Below, piece by piece: positions 34,917 to 45,278 of a DNA stretch of 64,000 nt. The DNA lies in the NCBI GenBank assembly GCA_041611735.1, contig JBFIML010000004.1, forward strand, positions 1 to 64,000, in the 5' to 3' direction. The stretch comes from Myxococcota bacterium (GTDB lineage Bacteria > Myxococcota_A > UBA9160 > PR03). A model generated the notes under the pieces. It had not been told where the DNA came from. It saw nothing but the letters and a program-made list of their open reading frames with translations, and made no database searches. Numbering within the stretch: position 1 is the stretch's first letter; every line of letters begins with the position of its first letter. The translations under genes were made by a program, and so were the position numbers.

Positions 34917-35177
34917 TCACGGCACCCGCGTGCGCAGACGGTCGATGGCGTGCACGGGGGCCGCATCGCCCCGCATGAGGGGCGCGATCGCACCATACAC
35001 CGACTGATGTTGCTCGAGGCGCGAGCGCCCGCGGAACGCCTCGGCCTCCACCTCCAGCTCGAAGTGGCCCGGCGCGGTGGGCGTCACGCGGACGCGGGCG
35101 CCGGGCAGGGCCGCCTCGATGGCGTCCCGCAGGCGCTCCGCCAGCTGCGGATCGGGGTCGAGGATGCGCAGCGACAC
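34917..35177 (-). CDS. BolA/IbaG-family protein
   Basis: GHFELEV..EAFRG.SRLEQHQ.VY..., VHAI. Confidence 0.85.
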   Translation of the reverse strand: MSLRILDPDPQLAERLRDAIEAALPGARVRVTPTAPGHFELEVEAEAFRGRSRLEQHQSVYGAIAPLMRGDAAPVHAIDRLRTRVP

Positions 35178-35182
35178 GGGTC

Positions 35183-35476
35183 TCAGCCCTCGCGATACGT
35201 GGTGTGCCGGGGACGCGCCTCGAGCACGTGCTCCAGGCCCCAGCTCGTCACCTTGCGGAACGCCTCCGACCGCACGAAGCGTTCGAAGGTTGCCTCCTCG
35301 CTCCAGCGCGAGACGATCAGATACTCGTGGTCCGCCGCGCCGTCCACCCGACGATAGAGTCGGGATTCCGCGTGGCCGTCGGTCTCGTCCATCAGCTCGA
35401 GGACGCGCTGGCAGGCGGCCTCGAAGACGCTCTCCTGTCCGGGCCGGACCACGTAGTTCATCCCGATCGTGACCAC
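35183..35476 (-). CDS. Antibiotic biosynthesis monooxygenase (ABM) family protein
   Basis: 97 aa; VRPGQE..FE, YLIVSRWS, FVRSEAF. Confidence 0.8.
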   Translation of the reverse strand: MVTIGMNYVVRPGQESVFEAACQRVLELMDETDGHAESRLYRRVDGAADHEYLIVSRWSEEATFERFVRSEAFRKVTSWGLEHVLEARPRHTTYREG

Positions 35477-35516
35477 GGGCGGGCAGCATAGCCGCCGCCC
35501 CGGGAGCCCGGCAGCG

Positions 35517-35828
35517 TCAGGTCCCCCGCCGCTGACCGATCAGATACGTGGCGCCATCGGGCCCGGCCTGGGCGGCGTGCAGCGTGCCTCGGGGCAGCAT
35601 CAGGCGGTCGCCGGGACCGAGCGGGTAGTCGTCCCCGGCGATGCGCAGCACGATGTGACCCCGCAGCACCCAGAGGCTCTCGTCGTGGGGATGGGTGTGG
35701 AGCTCGTAGCAGCGATCCGACGGATCGCGCCAGGTGGAGACCTCGAAACCCTCGGACTCGAGCTGACGCCGCAACGTCGGCTCGCCGGGATCGTGGTCGC
35801 CGTGCCAGCGGATGTGCTGGAGATCCAT
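35517..35828 (-). CDS. Cupin domain protein
   Basis: HTHPHDESLWVLRG ... LGPGD...PRGTLH. Confidence 0.82.
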   Translation of the reverse strand: MDLQHIRWHGDHDPGEPTLRRQLESEGFEVSTWRDPSDRCYELHTHPHDESLWVLRGHIVLRIAGDDYPLGPGDRLMLPRGTLHAAQAGPDGATYLIGQRRGT

Positions 35829-35953
35829 GGGGGGCCCTCCGACGGCCCGCTTGCGCGGGTCAGGGTAGACTCCAAGCATACCCGAGCTGGAGCGATGCCG
35901 GGTACCGGCTCTCGAGACGGAGGAATCCCGCCACGCCTGCCCCGCGATCTCCC

Positions 35954-36742
35954 GTGACGGCCCCGTTGGCGAGAGCCCTCACCGTCGCGGGCTCCGACTC
36001 CGGGGGCGGCGCCGGCATCCAGGCCGACCTGAAGACCTTCCACCGCTTCGGGGTCTACGGCACCTGCGCCGTCACGCTGGTGACGGTGCAGAACACGCGC
36101 GGCGTGCAGGAGGTCATGCTGCTCGGGCCGGATCTCGTCGCCGCCCAGATCGCCGCCGTGGCCGAGGACATCGGCCTCGACGCCGCCAAGACCGGCGCCC
36201 TCGGCTCCGCCGCCATCGTGGAGGCGGTGGCCGGGGCGGTGGAGCGCCACGCGGTGCGCCCCCTGGTCGTGGATCCGGTCATGATCTCGAAGCACGGCGC
36301 CCGGCTGCTGGACGCAGACGCCGTCCGGGCCCTGCGGGAGCGCCTGCTGCCCCGGGCCACCCTGCTCACACCGAACCTGGCGGAGGCGGCGGCCCTGCTC
36401 GACGCCCGCGTGGAGAACGAGCGCGAAATGGCGGAGGCCGCGCGCGCCCTGCGCTCGCTGGGACCCCAGGCGGTGCTGATCAAGGGCGGCCACCTGCCGG
36501 GGCCGGAGGCCGTGGACCTGCTCTGGGACGGTCGGGAGCAGCTGCGTCTGGCGGCGCCGAAGATCGATACCCCGCACACCCACGGTACCGGTTGCACCTA
36601 CTCGGCGGCCATCACGGCCCGCCTCGCCCTGGGCGACGACCTGCCGCGTGCGGTGCGCGCCGCGCGCGAGTTCGTGACCCGCGCCATCCAGCGCGCCCCG
36701 AAGCTGGGCGGCGGCCGGGGTCCGGTGGACCACTGGGCCTGA
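35954..36742 (+). CDS. thiD: Hydroxymethylpyrimidine/phosphomethylpyrimidine kinase
   Basis: [37 protein letters not shown]. Confidence 0.95.
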   Translation: MTAPLARALTVAGSDSGGGAGIQADLKTFHRFGVYGTCAVTLVTVQNTRGVQEVMLLGPDLVAAQIAAVAEDIGLDAAKTGALGSAAIVEAVAGAVERHAVRPLVVDPVMISKHGARLLDADAVRALRERLLPRATLLTPNLAEAAALLDARVENEREMAEAARALRSLGPQAVLIKGGHLPGPEAVDLLWDGREQLRLAAPKIDTPHTHGTGCTYSAAITARLALGDDLPRAVRAAREFVTRAIQRAPKLGGGRGPVDHWA

Positions 36743-36846
36743 GGGCCGGGCCTGCGGGAAGCGGCCGTCAACGCGGCGATCCGGCCCACCCGTTCTCGCG
36801 CAGCCCAGGGGTTCAGATCGGGCCCGGGCGGGACGATGAGGCCCCC

Positions 36847-37428
36847 ATGGACGGCCTACGCCACCGCCAGGGGTTCACCCTGATCGAGCTCATGATCGTG
36901 GTCGCCATCATCGGCATGCTGGCGGCGATCGCGATCCCGAGCTTCCTGCGCTTCCAGCTGCGCTCCAAGGCGGCGGAGGGCAAGACGAACCTCGCCACCA
37001 TCGCGCGCAGCCAGGAGAGCTACTACGCCGCCAGCGGGACCTACCTCAACGTGACCACCCCCGTGCCGGGAATCGTGCCGCCGCCCGGCAGGACCCCCTG
37101 GCCCGCGGGCACGGCGTTCGACGTCCTCGGCTGGGAGCCCGAGGGCGAGGTCTACTTCATCTATCTGGCGAGCGCGGACAATGGGGGCGGCCCCGGCATG
37201 GCGCTGGTGCGCTTCACGGCGGAGGCCGCCTCGGACATCGACGGCGACGCGATCGTGAACTTCTGGGGCTTCGTGAAGCCCTTCCCGGGCGCGGCGGCGG
37301 GCATCGCCGGCATGATCGCCGGCTCCACCTGCCAGGCCACCGGCGTCTGGGAACCGAAGCGCGCCGCGGCCGACCTCCTGGAGACGGTCGGCCCCTGCGA
37401 TGCGAACTCTGCCGGGCGGGTGTTCTAG
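36847..37428 (+). CDS. pilA: Type IVa pilin, Myxococcus PilA-like N-terminus
   Basis: QG|FTLIELMIVVAIIGMLAAIAIPSF..FQLRSK..EGKTNL; C-terminal Cys pair. Confidence 0.85.
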   Translation: MDGLRHRQGFTLIELMIVVAIIGMLAAIAIPSFLRFQLRSKAAEGKTNLATIARSQESYYAASGTYLNVTTPVPGIVPPPGRTPWPAGTAFDVLGWEPEGEVYFIYLASADNGGGPGMALVRFTAEAASDIDGDAIVNFWGFVKPFPGAAAGIAGMIAGSTCQATGVWEPKRAAADLLETVGPCDANSAGRVF

Positions 37429-38612
37429 GCGGCGATCCCCGGACCCGGCGCGGCGTCCGCGCCCGCGCGCAGCACGAGCTCCGTCAGCTCGGCGGGCGCC
37501 AGCAGGCGCATGGGCGGCCCCCAGAAGCCGGTGCCCCGACTCACGTAGAGGGCGCTCCCGCCGAGCCGGTGGAGCCCCGCCACCCAGCGCACCGCGAGCC
37601 GCACCACGCCGTGGAAGGGCCAGATCTGCCCGCCGTGGGTGTGACCCGAGATCTGGAGGTCCACGCCGGCGGCGGCCGCCTTTCGGAAGCCCGTCGGATC
37701 GTGGGCCAGCAGCACGAGCGGCCGGCGCGGGTCGCGCCCCGCCAGGGCCCGGGTCAGATCCTCGCCCTGGCCCTCCGCCACCAGGCTGCCGTGGCGGTCG
37801 TCCACCCCCGCCAGCTCGAAGGCGGCCTCCCCGTGGCGGATCGTCACGCGCTCGTTGCGAAGCACGCGCCAGCCGAAGGCCCGGAGGTGCTCCACCCACT
37901 CGTCGACGCCCGAGTAGAAGTCGTGGTTCCCGGTCACGAAGAAGACCCCGTGGCGCGCCCGAAGGCCGGTCAGGGGCTCGACCTCGGCACCCACGCGCTG
38001 CACGCTGCCGTCCACCAGGTCCCCGGTCACCACCACGAGGTCCGGCGCGAGGGCGTTCACGCGCTCGACCAGGTCGGCGGCAAAACGACGCTCGAGGATC
38101 GGGCCGAGATGCAGGTCGCTGAGCTGGACCAGACGCAGCCCGTCCAGGGCCTGCGGCCAGCGCGGCAGCTCGATCTCCACGCGCCGTCGCGCCGGCGGCG
38201 CGAGCCCGGACCGCAGGGCCACCGCGCTCGCCCCCGCCACGACGCCGGCCACGGCCAGGGCGCGCATCCGCAGCAGCGGCTCCGGCTCGCCGCCGGGCGA
38301 CGCCGCGCCGAGCAGCCAGAGCAGGGCGTCGGAGGCCGCCGTGGCCGAGACCAGGAGGAAGGCCACGCCGAGCCAGATGCCGGCGGTCCAGCCCCAGGGA
38401 CGCCGCCAGCGCTGCGGAACCCGACCCCGGGCGAAGGGGTACAGGAAGAGCATCCCGAAGGCCGCCACCAGGACCACCAGCAGGCCCCGGCGCAGGGGCT
38501 CCGGCCAGCCGGGCTGCAGGGCGAGGCGGTCGATCAGGTAGACGTGACCACCGATCGCCGCGGTCAGGATGGCGGTCAGGAAGACGAGGCCGGCCAGGGT
38601 GCGCCTCCGCAT
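37425..38612 (-). CDS. Membrane-anchored metallophosphoesterase (YkuE-like)
   Basis: SDLH, GDLVD, GNHD, LAH, GHTHGGQ; N-terminal TM helices. Confidence 0.9.
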   Translation of the reverse strand: MRRRTLAGLVFLTAILTAAIGGHVYLIDRLALQPGWPEPLRRGLLVVLVAAFGMLFLYPFARGRVPQRWRRPWGWTAGIWLGVAFLLVSATAASDALLWLLGAASPGGEPEPLLRMRALAVAGVVAGASAVALRSGLAPPARRRVEIELPRWPQALDGLRLVQLSDLHLGPILERRFAADLVERVNALAPDLVVVTGDLVDGSVQRVGAEVEPLTGLRARHGVFFVTGNHDFYSGVDEWVEHLRAFGWRVLRNERVTIRHGEAAFELAGVDDRHGSLVAEGQGEDLTRALAGRDPRRPLVLLAHDPTGFRKAAAAGVDLQISGHTHGGQIWPFHGVVRLAVRWVAGLHRLGGSALYVSRGTGFWGPPMRLLAPAELTELVLRAGADAAPGPGIAA

Positions 38613-38673
38613 GCCTGCAATCTAGCGAATCGGGGTCCGACCCCCGAACCACTGGCGCGCGCCGCGACCCGCG

Positions 38674-39654
38674 CTACCAGCCCCGAAGGTCCACGGGCCA
38701 CGTCTCCAGCACCCGCTCGCCCTCCACCACGTGGATCCGCTCGTGGTAGGCCACGGTCGGATCCACGTGCGCGGGCCAGACGCGGATCCGCTCCCCGACC
38801 CGCAGCGGGCGCTCGGGCACCAGGGTCAGGTGCTCGTCGGAGCAGAACAGCACGCGGGCGCCTTCGACGCCCGGGTTGCCGTGGTCCATGCCGAGCGCCT
38901 TGAGCCCGCAGTCGGCTACCGCCCAGCGGGCCGAGACCGAGATCACCGTGGCGAGGACGCTGAGCGCCGGCCGGAACGGCAGCCCGAGTCGGGCATAGGC
39001 GCAGTCCATCAGCGCGTAGGAGCCGGCCTGGATCTCGGTGGCCGCGTGGTTCACGTCGTAGCTGCCGGTGCCTCCCGCCGAGACCACCTCGCCGCCCACG
39101 TGGGCGTGGGCGGCCGCCAGGCGCTCCATGGCCTCCGCCACCAGGCGGCGCCGCTCGACCCGCTCCGGCACCAGCATGACGTGGCCCTCGTAGCCCATCA
39201 CGCCGCGCACGCGGAGGCCGCGCCGGCGCGCGGCGTCGGCCAGGGCACCGGCCTGCTCGGGGGCGCAGCCGCAGCGCGGCAGGCCCACGTTCACGTCGAT
39301 CAGCACCTCGCGCACGCCGCCGGCCGCGGCCGCTTCCACGGTTTCGTTGGAGTCCACGGCCACGGTGACGCGGGCGGCGAGGCGGCCGAGCCGTCGGGCA
39401 TCGAGCACCTCGTTGGCGAGCAGCAGGTCGTCCCCCAGGCCCGCCTGGGCCAGGCCCTCCATCTCGCGGATCGTGGCGCAGGTGAAGCCGGCGTGGCCCC
39501 GCCGGGCCTGGTGCCGGGCCAGGGAGGTGCACTTGTGGGCCTTCACGTGGGGTCGCAGGCGCGGACCGGGCAGGGCCTCGGCCATGCGGGCCAGGTTGTG
39601 CTCCAGGGCCGCCGCATCGACCAGGAGCGCCGGGGTGACGAGGTCGTGGAGCAA
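38674..39654 (-). CDS. PLP-dependent alanine-racemase-fold enzyme (D-threonine aldolase/DSD1 family)
   Basis: LRPHVKAHK, RCG, MGYEGH, GGTGS, EIQAGSY, SDEH, HVDPT; TTG at 39654 preferred over ATG at 39684 (see findings). Confidence 0.85.
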   Translation of the reverse strand: MLHDLVTPALLVDAAALEHNLARMAEALPGPRLRPHVKAHKCTSLARHQARRGHAGFTCATIREMEGLAQAGLGDDLLLANEVLDARRLGRLAARVTVAVDSNETVEAAAAGGVREVLIDVNVGLPRCGCAPEQAGALADAARRRGLRVRGVMGYEGHVMLVPERVERRRLVAEAMERLAAAHAHVGGEVVSAGGTGSYDVNHAATEIQAGSYALMDCAYARLGLPFRPALSVLATVISVSARWAVADCGLKALGMDHGNPGVEGARVLFCSDEHLTLVPERPLRVGERIRVWPAHVDPTVAYHERIHVVEGERVLETWPVDLRGW

Positions 39655-39682
39655 CGGCGGGCGATGGTAGGCTGCCCGCGTC

Positions 39683-40396
39683 ATGGTCGCCCTCGAGCTG
39701 GCCGGCGCGACGAAGCGCTACGGGCGGCACACCGCCCTGGAGGATCTGCACCTGGTGGTGCCGGCCGGTGCCGCCGTGGGCCTGCTCGGTCCGAACGGCG
39801 CCGGCAAGACCACGGCGCTGCGTCTGCTGCTGGGCTTCGCGCGTCCCACGCGCGGCGCCGCGCGCCTGGGCGGCCACGACCCCTACGACCCGCGGGCACG
39901 CCAGGGCGTCGGGTACCTGCCGGAGCGGCTGAACCTGCCGGCCTCCATGTCGCTGCGCGGCTTCCTTCGCCTGCACGCGGCCCTGGCCGGCCTGGCGGGC
40001 GACGCCCGGACCCGCGCCGTGGAGGCCGCCCTCGAGACCACGGGAATCCGGGAGCGGGCCGGGGAGGCGCTCGGCGGCCTCTCCCGCGGCCTCGGGCAGC
40101 GGGTGGGCTTCGCCCAGGCCCTGCTGGGCGAGCCGCAGCTCCTGCTGCTCGACGAGCCCACCACCGGCCTCGATCCGCTGGGCGTGCGGGACGCCCGCGA
40201 CTGGATCGCCCGCGCCCGCGCCCGGGGCGCCACGCTGCTGATCAGCTCCCACGTGCTCTCGGAGGTCGAACGGACCTGCGATCACGTGGCGATCCTGCAC
40301 CAGGGTCGCCTGGTGGCGAGCGGCCCCCTCGACGCGGTGGTGCGCCCCGGCGAGAGCCTGGAGGACGCCTTCGTGCGCCTGGTCTCCCCTCCGTGA
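39683..40396 (+). CDS. ABC transporter ATP-binding protein
   Basis: GPNGAGKTT, LSRG, LLLDEP, SSH. Confidence 0.92.
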   Translation: MVALELAGATKRYGRHTALEDLHLVVPAGAAVGLLGPNGAGKTTALRLLLGFARPTRGAARLGGHDPYDPRARQGVGYLPERLNLPASMSLRGFLRLHAALAGLAGDARTRAVEAALETTGIRERAGEALGGLSRGLGQRVGFAQALLGEPQLLLLDEPTTGLDPLGVRDARDWIARARARGATLLISSHVLSEVERTCDHVAILHQGRLVASGPLDAVVRPGESLEDAFVRLVSPP

Positions 40397-41205
40397 GCGT
40401 GCGATGGAGACACATGCTGGCTCCGCTGGCCGCCGAGGCGCTGCGCGACGCCCTGCGCCGGCGCCTCGCCCTGGTGGTGGCGGGCGTGGCCCTGCTCGGC
40501 GTCGCGAGCGCGGAGAGCTGCACCGCCTTCGGGCCCGGCACCTGGGTGGTGGACGGGCAGTCGGTGGACCCCGAGCTCGTGGCAGCGTGGCTGGCGCCCC
40601 TCCTGTTCGGCTTCGAGATCCTGCTCTTCGTGGTGCTGGCGGGGCTGCTGGCTGCGGACCACCTGGCGCGGCCCCTGGCCGAGGGGAGCGCGCTGCTGTG
40701 GTTGGCGCGGCCGGTGGGCCGCGGCGCCTATGCCCTGGCCCGCCTGGCCGGTGCGCTGGGCGTGGCCTACGCGGCGGGAGCGGTGCTGCTCGGGGGCACG
40801 GCGGTGCTCCTGGTGGGACGCCATGACCTGGCCGCCGGCCCGGCCGTGGTGGGCGCCCTGGCCGGGGCGCTCGGCGCCGCCGGCGTGGCCGGCCTGGCCA
40901 TGAGCGCCTCGCTGTGGCTCGGACGCGTGGCTGTGGTGACGCTGGTGGGCACGCTGGTGCCGTTGGTGGCGCTGATCAACACCCTGCGGGCGGCGGGGGC
41001 GCGCCTCGACGGCTTCCTCGGCCTGCTGGATCGGGGGGCCCCTCCCCTGGGCCGGGCGATCCTGGCGGCGGTGGCGCCCTGGAATCCCCACGTGTCCGAC
41101 CTGGGCGCCGAAGCTCCCCGCCTGCTGGCCGTGCTCGCCGCCTGGGCCCTGGCGGGCGGTGCGCTGCTGGTGCTGAGCTTCCGGCGCGTGGAGCTGCCGC
41201 GTTAG
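40393..41205 (+). CDS. ABC-2-type permease
   Basis: GTGA overlap (alternative ATG at 40414); multiple TM helices; EG....LARPVGR loop. Confidence 0.75.
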   Translation: MSVRWRHMLAPLAAEALRDALRRRLALVVAGVALLGVASAESCTAFGPGTWVVDGQSVDPELVAAWLAPLLFGFEILLFVVLAGLLAADHLARPLAEGSALLWLARPVGRGAYALARLAGALGVAYAAGAVLLGGTAVLLVGRHDLAAGPAVVGALAGALGAAGVAGLAMSASLWLGRVAVVTLVGTLVPLVALINTLRAAGARLDGFLGLLDRGAPPLGRAILAAVAPWNPHVSDLGAEAPRLLAVLAAWALAGGALLVLSFRRVELPR

Positions 41206-41220
41206 GAGCCGCGGCCCGGG

Positions 41221-42156
41221 CTAGAGGTAGGTCAGCCAGCGCTCGTGCTTGCGGTCGCGACCCGTCACGATGTCGAAGAAGGCGCCCTGCAGCGTCTTGG
41301 TGATGGGACCGCGCTGGCCGGAGCCGATCGCGCGGTGATCCACCTCGCGGATCGGCGTCACCTCCGCCGCCGTTCCCGTCACGAAGATCTCGTCGGCGAT
41401 GTAGAGCTCGTCGCGGGTGATGGGCGACTCCTCGACCGGGATCCCCTTGTCGCGGGCGACCTCGATCACCGAAGCGCGGGTGATGCCGGCCAGGATCGTG
41501 GGCAGCGGCGGCGTGCGCACCTGGCCGTCGCGCACCACGAAGACGTTCTCGCCGCTCGCCTCGGACACGAGCCCCTGGGTGTCGAGCAGGATCGCCTCGT
41601 CGTAGCCGTCGAGCAGGGCCTCCCGCTTGGCCAGGATCGAGTTCACGTAGTCCCCGCAGGTCTTGCCCTTGGTCATCTTCGCGTTGACGAAGTTGCGCAC
41701 GAAGGTGGAGACCTTGGCGCGGATGCCGTTCTCCATGCCGTCCTCGCCCAGGTACTTGCCCCAGGGATAGACGATGATCGCGACCCGGATCGGGTTGTTC
41801 GCGGGGTTGAGCCCCATGGCGCCGTCGCCCACGAAGACGATGGGCCGGATGTAGCCCTCCTCCAGGCGGTTCGCGCGCAGGGTCTCGAGGATCGCCTCGG
41901 AGACCTGCTCGGGCGGGAAGGGGATCTTCATCAGGTTGATGTGGGCCGAGTCGTACAGCCGCCGCACGTGCTCCGGCAAGCGGAAGACGGCCGAGCGCCC
42001 GTCGGCGCTGCGGTAGGAGCGGATGCCCTCGAAGACCCCGAGCCCGTAGTGCAGGGTGTGGGTCAGCACGTGGACGCGGGCCTCGTCCCAGGGCACGAGC
42101 CGCCCGTCCATCCAGATCTTCTCGCCGGTTACCCGGGGGTGCTCCTTCTGGGCCAT
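41221..42156 (-). CDS. ilvE: Branched-chain amino acid aminotransferase
   Basis: HTLHYGLGVFEG, YIRP, EASGENVF, LAGITR, TGTAAEVTP. Confidence 0.95.
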   Translation of the reverse strand: MAQKEHPRVTGEKIWMDGRLVPWDEARVHVLTHTLHYGLGVFEGIRSYRSADGRSAVFRLPEHVRRLYDSAHINLMKIPFPPEQVSEAILETLRANRLEEGYIRPIVFVGDGAMGLNPANNPIRVAIIVYPWGKYLGEDGMENGIRAKVSTFVRNFVNAKMTKGKTCGDYVNSILAKREALLDGYDEAILLDTQGLVSEASGENVFVVRDGQVRTPPLPTILAGITRASVIEVARDKGIPVEESPITRDELYIADEIFVTGTAAEVTPIREVDHRAIGSGQRGPITKTLQGAFFDIVTGRDRKHERWLTYL

Positions 42157-44105
42157 CCCCTCGCCTCCGCCAGGCCCGAACGGCGCAGCAGCCGCCCGAT
42201 CAGCCCCGCGTCCTGGGGGCGACGCATGTGCAGCAGCCGCAGCTCCCGCAGCGCCTCCACGCAATCCGGTCGCAGCCGGACGGCCCGGGTCAGGGCGCGC
42301 TGGGCGAGTCGCTGGCGGCCCGCCGCCCGGTACAGGCGGCCCAGGAAGAGGTAGGTCTTCTGGCGATCCGGCGCCAGCTTGGCGCCGCGACGCACGTGCT
42401 GGAGCGCCTCGCTCAAGGCGGTCGCGGACTGCTCCCGGGCCAGGTAGAGCGCCCAGCCCCGGTGGGCGTGGTACTCCCCCTCCTCCGGGAAGATCTCGAC
42501 CGCCCGCTCGAAGCAGGCGAGGGCGCCCGCCGCGTCCCGGGCACGCAGGCGCTGCTCCCCCTCCTGGAACTCGAGCTCCGCCCGCAGGGCGCGCTGGCCC
42601 TCGTCGATCTCCGCCGCCTCGCGCTCCCTGCGACGCCGCTCGAGCTGGTACTCGGCCCGGCGGCGCGCATCGGCGAGCCGGCCGTAGGCGCGGGCCACCC
42701 GGGCGAAGGCCTCCTCCGCCAGGGTGATCACGGCGTCGCTCGCAAGGCCGAAGCGGTCCGGGTGGGTGCGCTTGGCCAGATCCGCGTAGGCGGCGCGCAC
42801 CGCCTCGTCGTCGGAGTCCGGGGTGACACCGAGCACCCCGAAGTCGTCCTCCGCCTCGCGGAAGCGCTGTAGGAGCCCCGCCAGCTCGGCACGCAGGGTG
42901 CGCTCCGCCGGCGAGGTCTGCTCGCGGGTCGGGACCGGGGTGGCTGCCGGCGCCTGGCCGAGGGGGGCAGCCACCGCCTCGCCGTCCCCGTCGCGCAGCT
43001 CGAGCCGCTCCGTCACCAGCAAGCCGAAGGCCGCCCGCTGCGCCGCCTCCCCGTCCACGAGCAGATCGCGGATCCGCAGCGGCCGCTCGCAGCGCGTGAG
43101 GAGCCTCTGCTCGGCGGGCTCGAGGGCGAGCTCCTGGAAGCGATAGAAGGGACTCTCGCCCGGCACGAGGCGGCGGTCCGCGTGGGCCTGCAGGAAGGAC
43201 TCGATGCGCTCGAGGGGAAAGCGCCCGCGGATCCCCGCCAGGATGAAGTCCGCGGGCTGGCGGTCGAGGCTCAGGCTGCTGGCGCGCTGCAGGCGGGCCT
43301 CCCGCTCGAGGGCGAAGCGGCCGTCCCGCCACTCGAACACCTCCAGCAGCTTCTCCTCGGCCTGCATGCGCAGGATTTCGCTCAGCTCGTCCTCGGCGAT
43401 CAGCTGCATGGCCACCAGGATCTCGCCCTGCGGTCCCTCGCCCCGCTTCAGGCGCCGCACCGACTCGGCGAGCTGCCCCTGGCTGATGCGTCCCGTGCGC
43501 ACCAGCAGGTTCCCGAAGCACTCGTTGATCAGGTTCGAACGCACCGCTGCGGGGCGTCCTTCGCGCAGCTCGATGCGCTTGTGCTTGCGGCCCGCCCGCA
43601 GGTGGAGCACCCCGGAGGCCCGCATCCCGTGCAGATGGTGGAGCAGCGCCGGGAAGGAGAGCGTCTCCAGGCTCCCGGAGACCGGCTCGGGCCGGGCGCC
43701 GGGATCGCTCGAGGTGCGGGCGACCGGCGGCCCGCCGCGCAGCTGCTTGGACACCATTCCGAGCAGTGCGTCCAGGGGCACCGGCTTGGTGAGCAGCGCC
43801 GCTGCCCGCAGCGCCTCGGCGCGGCGCTCGTAGGCCGGGCTGCGGGAGCAGCCCGAGACGAGCAGCGCCGGAACCTCACCCAGCGGCGGGCCGAGCCCGC
43901 GCACCGTCTCGAGCACCTCGAAGCCGTCGCGGCGCGGGAGCAGGAGATCGATCAGCAGCAGATCGGGCTGGTGCAGATGGACCGCGGCGAGCGCCTCTTC
44001 CCCGTCGTGGGCGAGGCGCACCTCGTAGCCTTCTCCGCGCAGCGCCTTGGCCAGGATCTGGCAGAGGTTGCGGTCGTCGTCGATGCACAGGACCGTCGGG
44101 CGCAT
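42129..44105 (-). CDS. Multidomain response regulator: receiver + DUF4388-like + DnaJ + TPR
   Basis: IDDD/LIDLLLP/TKP receiver motifs; J-domain THPDRF; C-terminal TPR-like helices. Confidence 0.82.
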   Translation of the reverse strand: MRPTVLCIDDDRNLCQILAKALRGEGYEVRLAHDGEEALAAVHLHQPDLLLIDLLLPRRDGFEVLETVRGLGPPLGEVPALLVSGCSRSPAYERRAEALRAAALLTKPVPLDALLGMVSKQLRGGPPVARTSSDPGARPEPVSGSLETLSFPALLHHLHGMRASGVLHLRAGRKHKRIELREGRPAAVRSNLINECFGNLLVRTGRISQGQLAESVRRLKRGEGPQGEILVAMQLIAEDELSEILRMQAEEKLLEVFEWRDGRFALEREARLQRASSLSLDRQPADFILAGIRGRFPLERIESFLQAHADRRLVPGESPFYRFQELALEPAEQRLLTRCERPLRIRDLLVDGEAAQRAAFGLLVTERLELRDGDGEAVAAPLGQAPAATPVPTREQTSPAERTLRAELAGLLQRFREAEDDFGVLGVTPDSDDEAVRAAYADLAKRTHPDRFGLASDAVITLAEEAFARVARAYGRLADARRRAEYQLERRRREREAAEIDEGQRALRAELEFQEGEQRLRARDAAGALACFERAVEIFPEEGEYHAHRGWALYLAREQSATALSEALQHVRRGAKLAPDRQKTYLFLGRLYRAAGRQRLAQRALTRAVRLRPDCVEALRELRLLHMRRPQDAGLIGRLLRRSGLAEARGWPRRSTPG

Positions 44106-44162
44106 GCACCACCTCCGGTCCGGGCCATCGGCGGAACGGAGGGGGGGCGCCGGTGACGAACG

Positions 44163-45274
<1,112 letters not shown>

Positions 45275-45278
<4 letters not shown>

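Noticed and set aside
35830-35953. TPP riboswitch upstream of thiD
   Set aside because: No CTGAGA / ACCTGA core is recognisable
36847-37428. Electrically conductive (Geobacter-type) pilin
   Set aside because: It is a full-length pilin of about 190 aa with a globular domain, and nothing in the sequence supports conductivity
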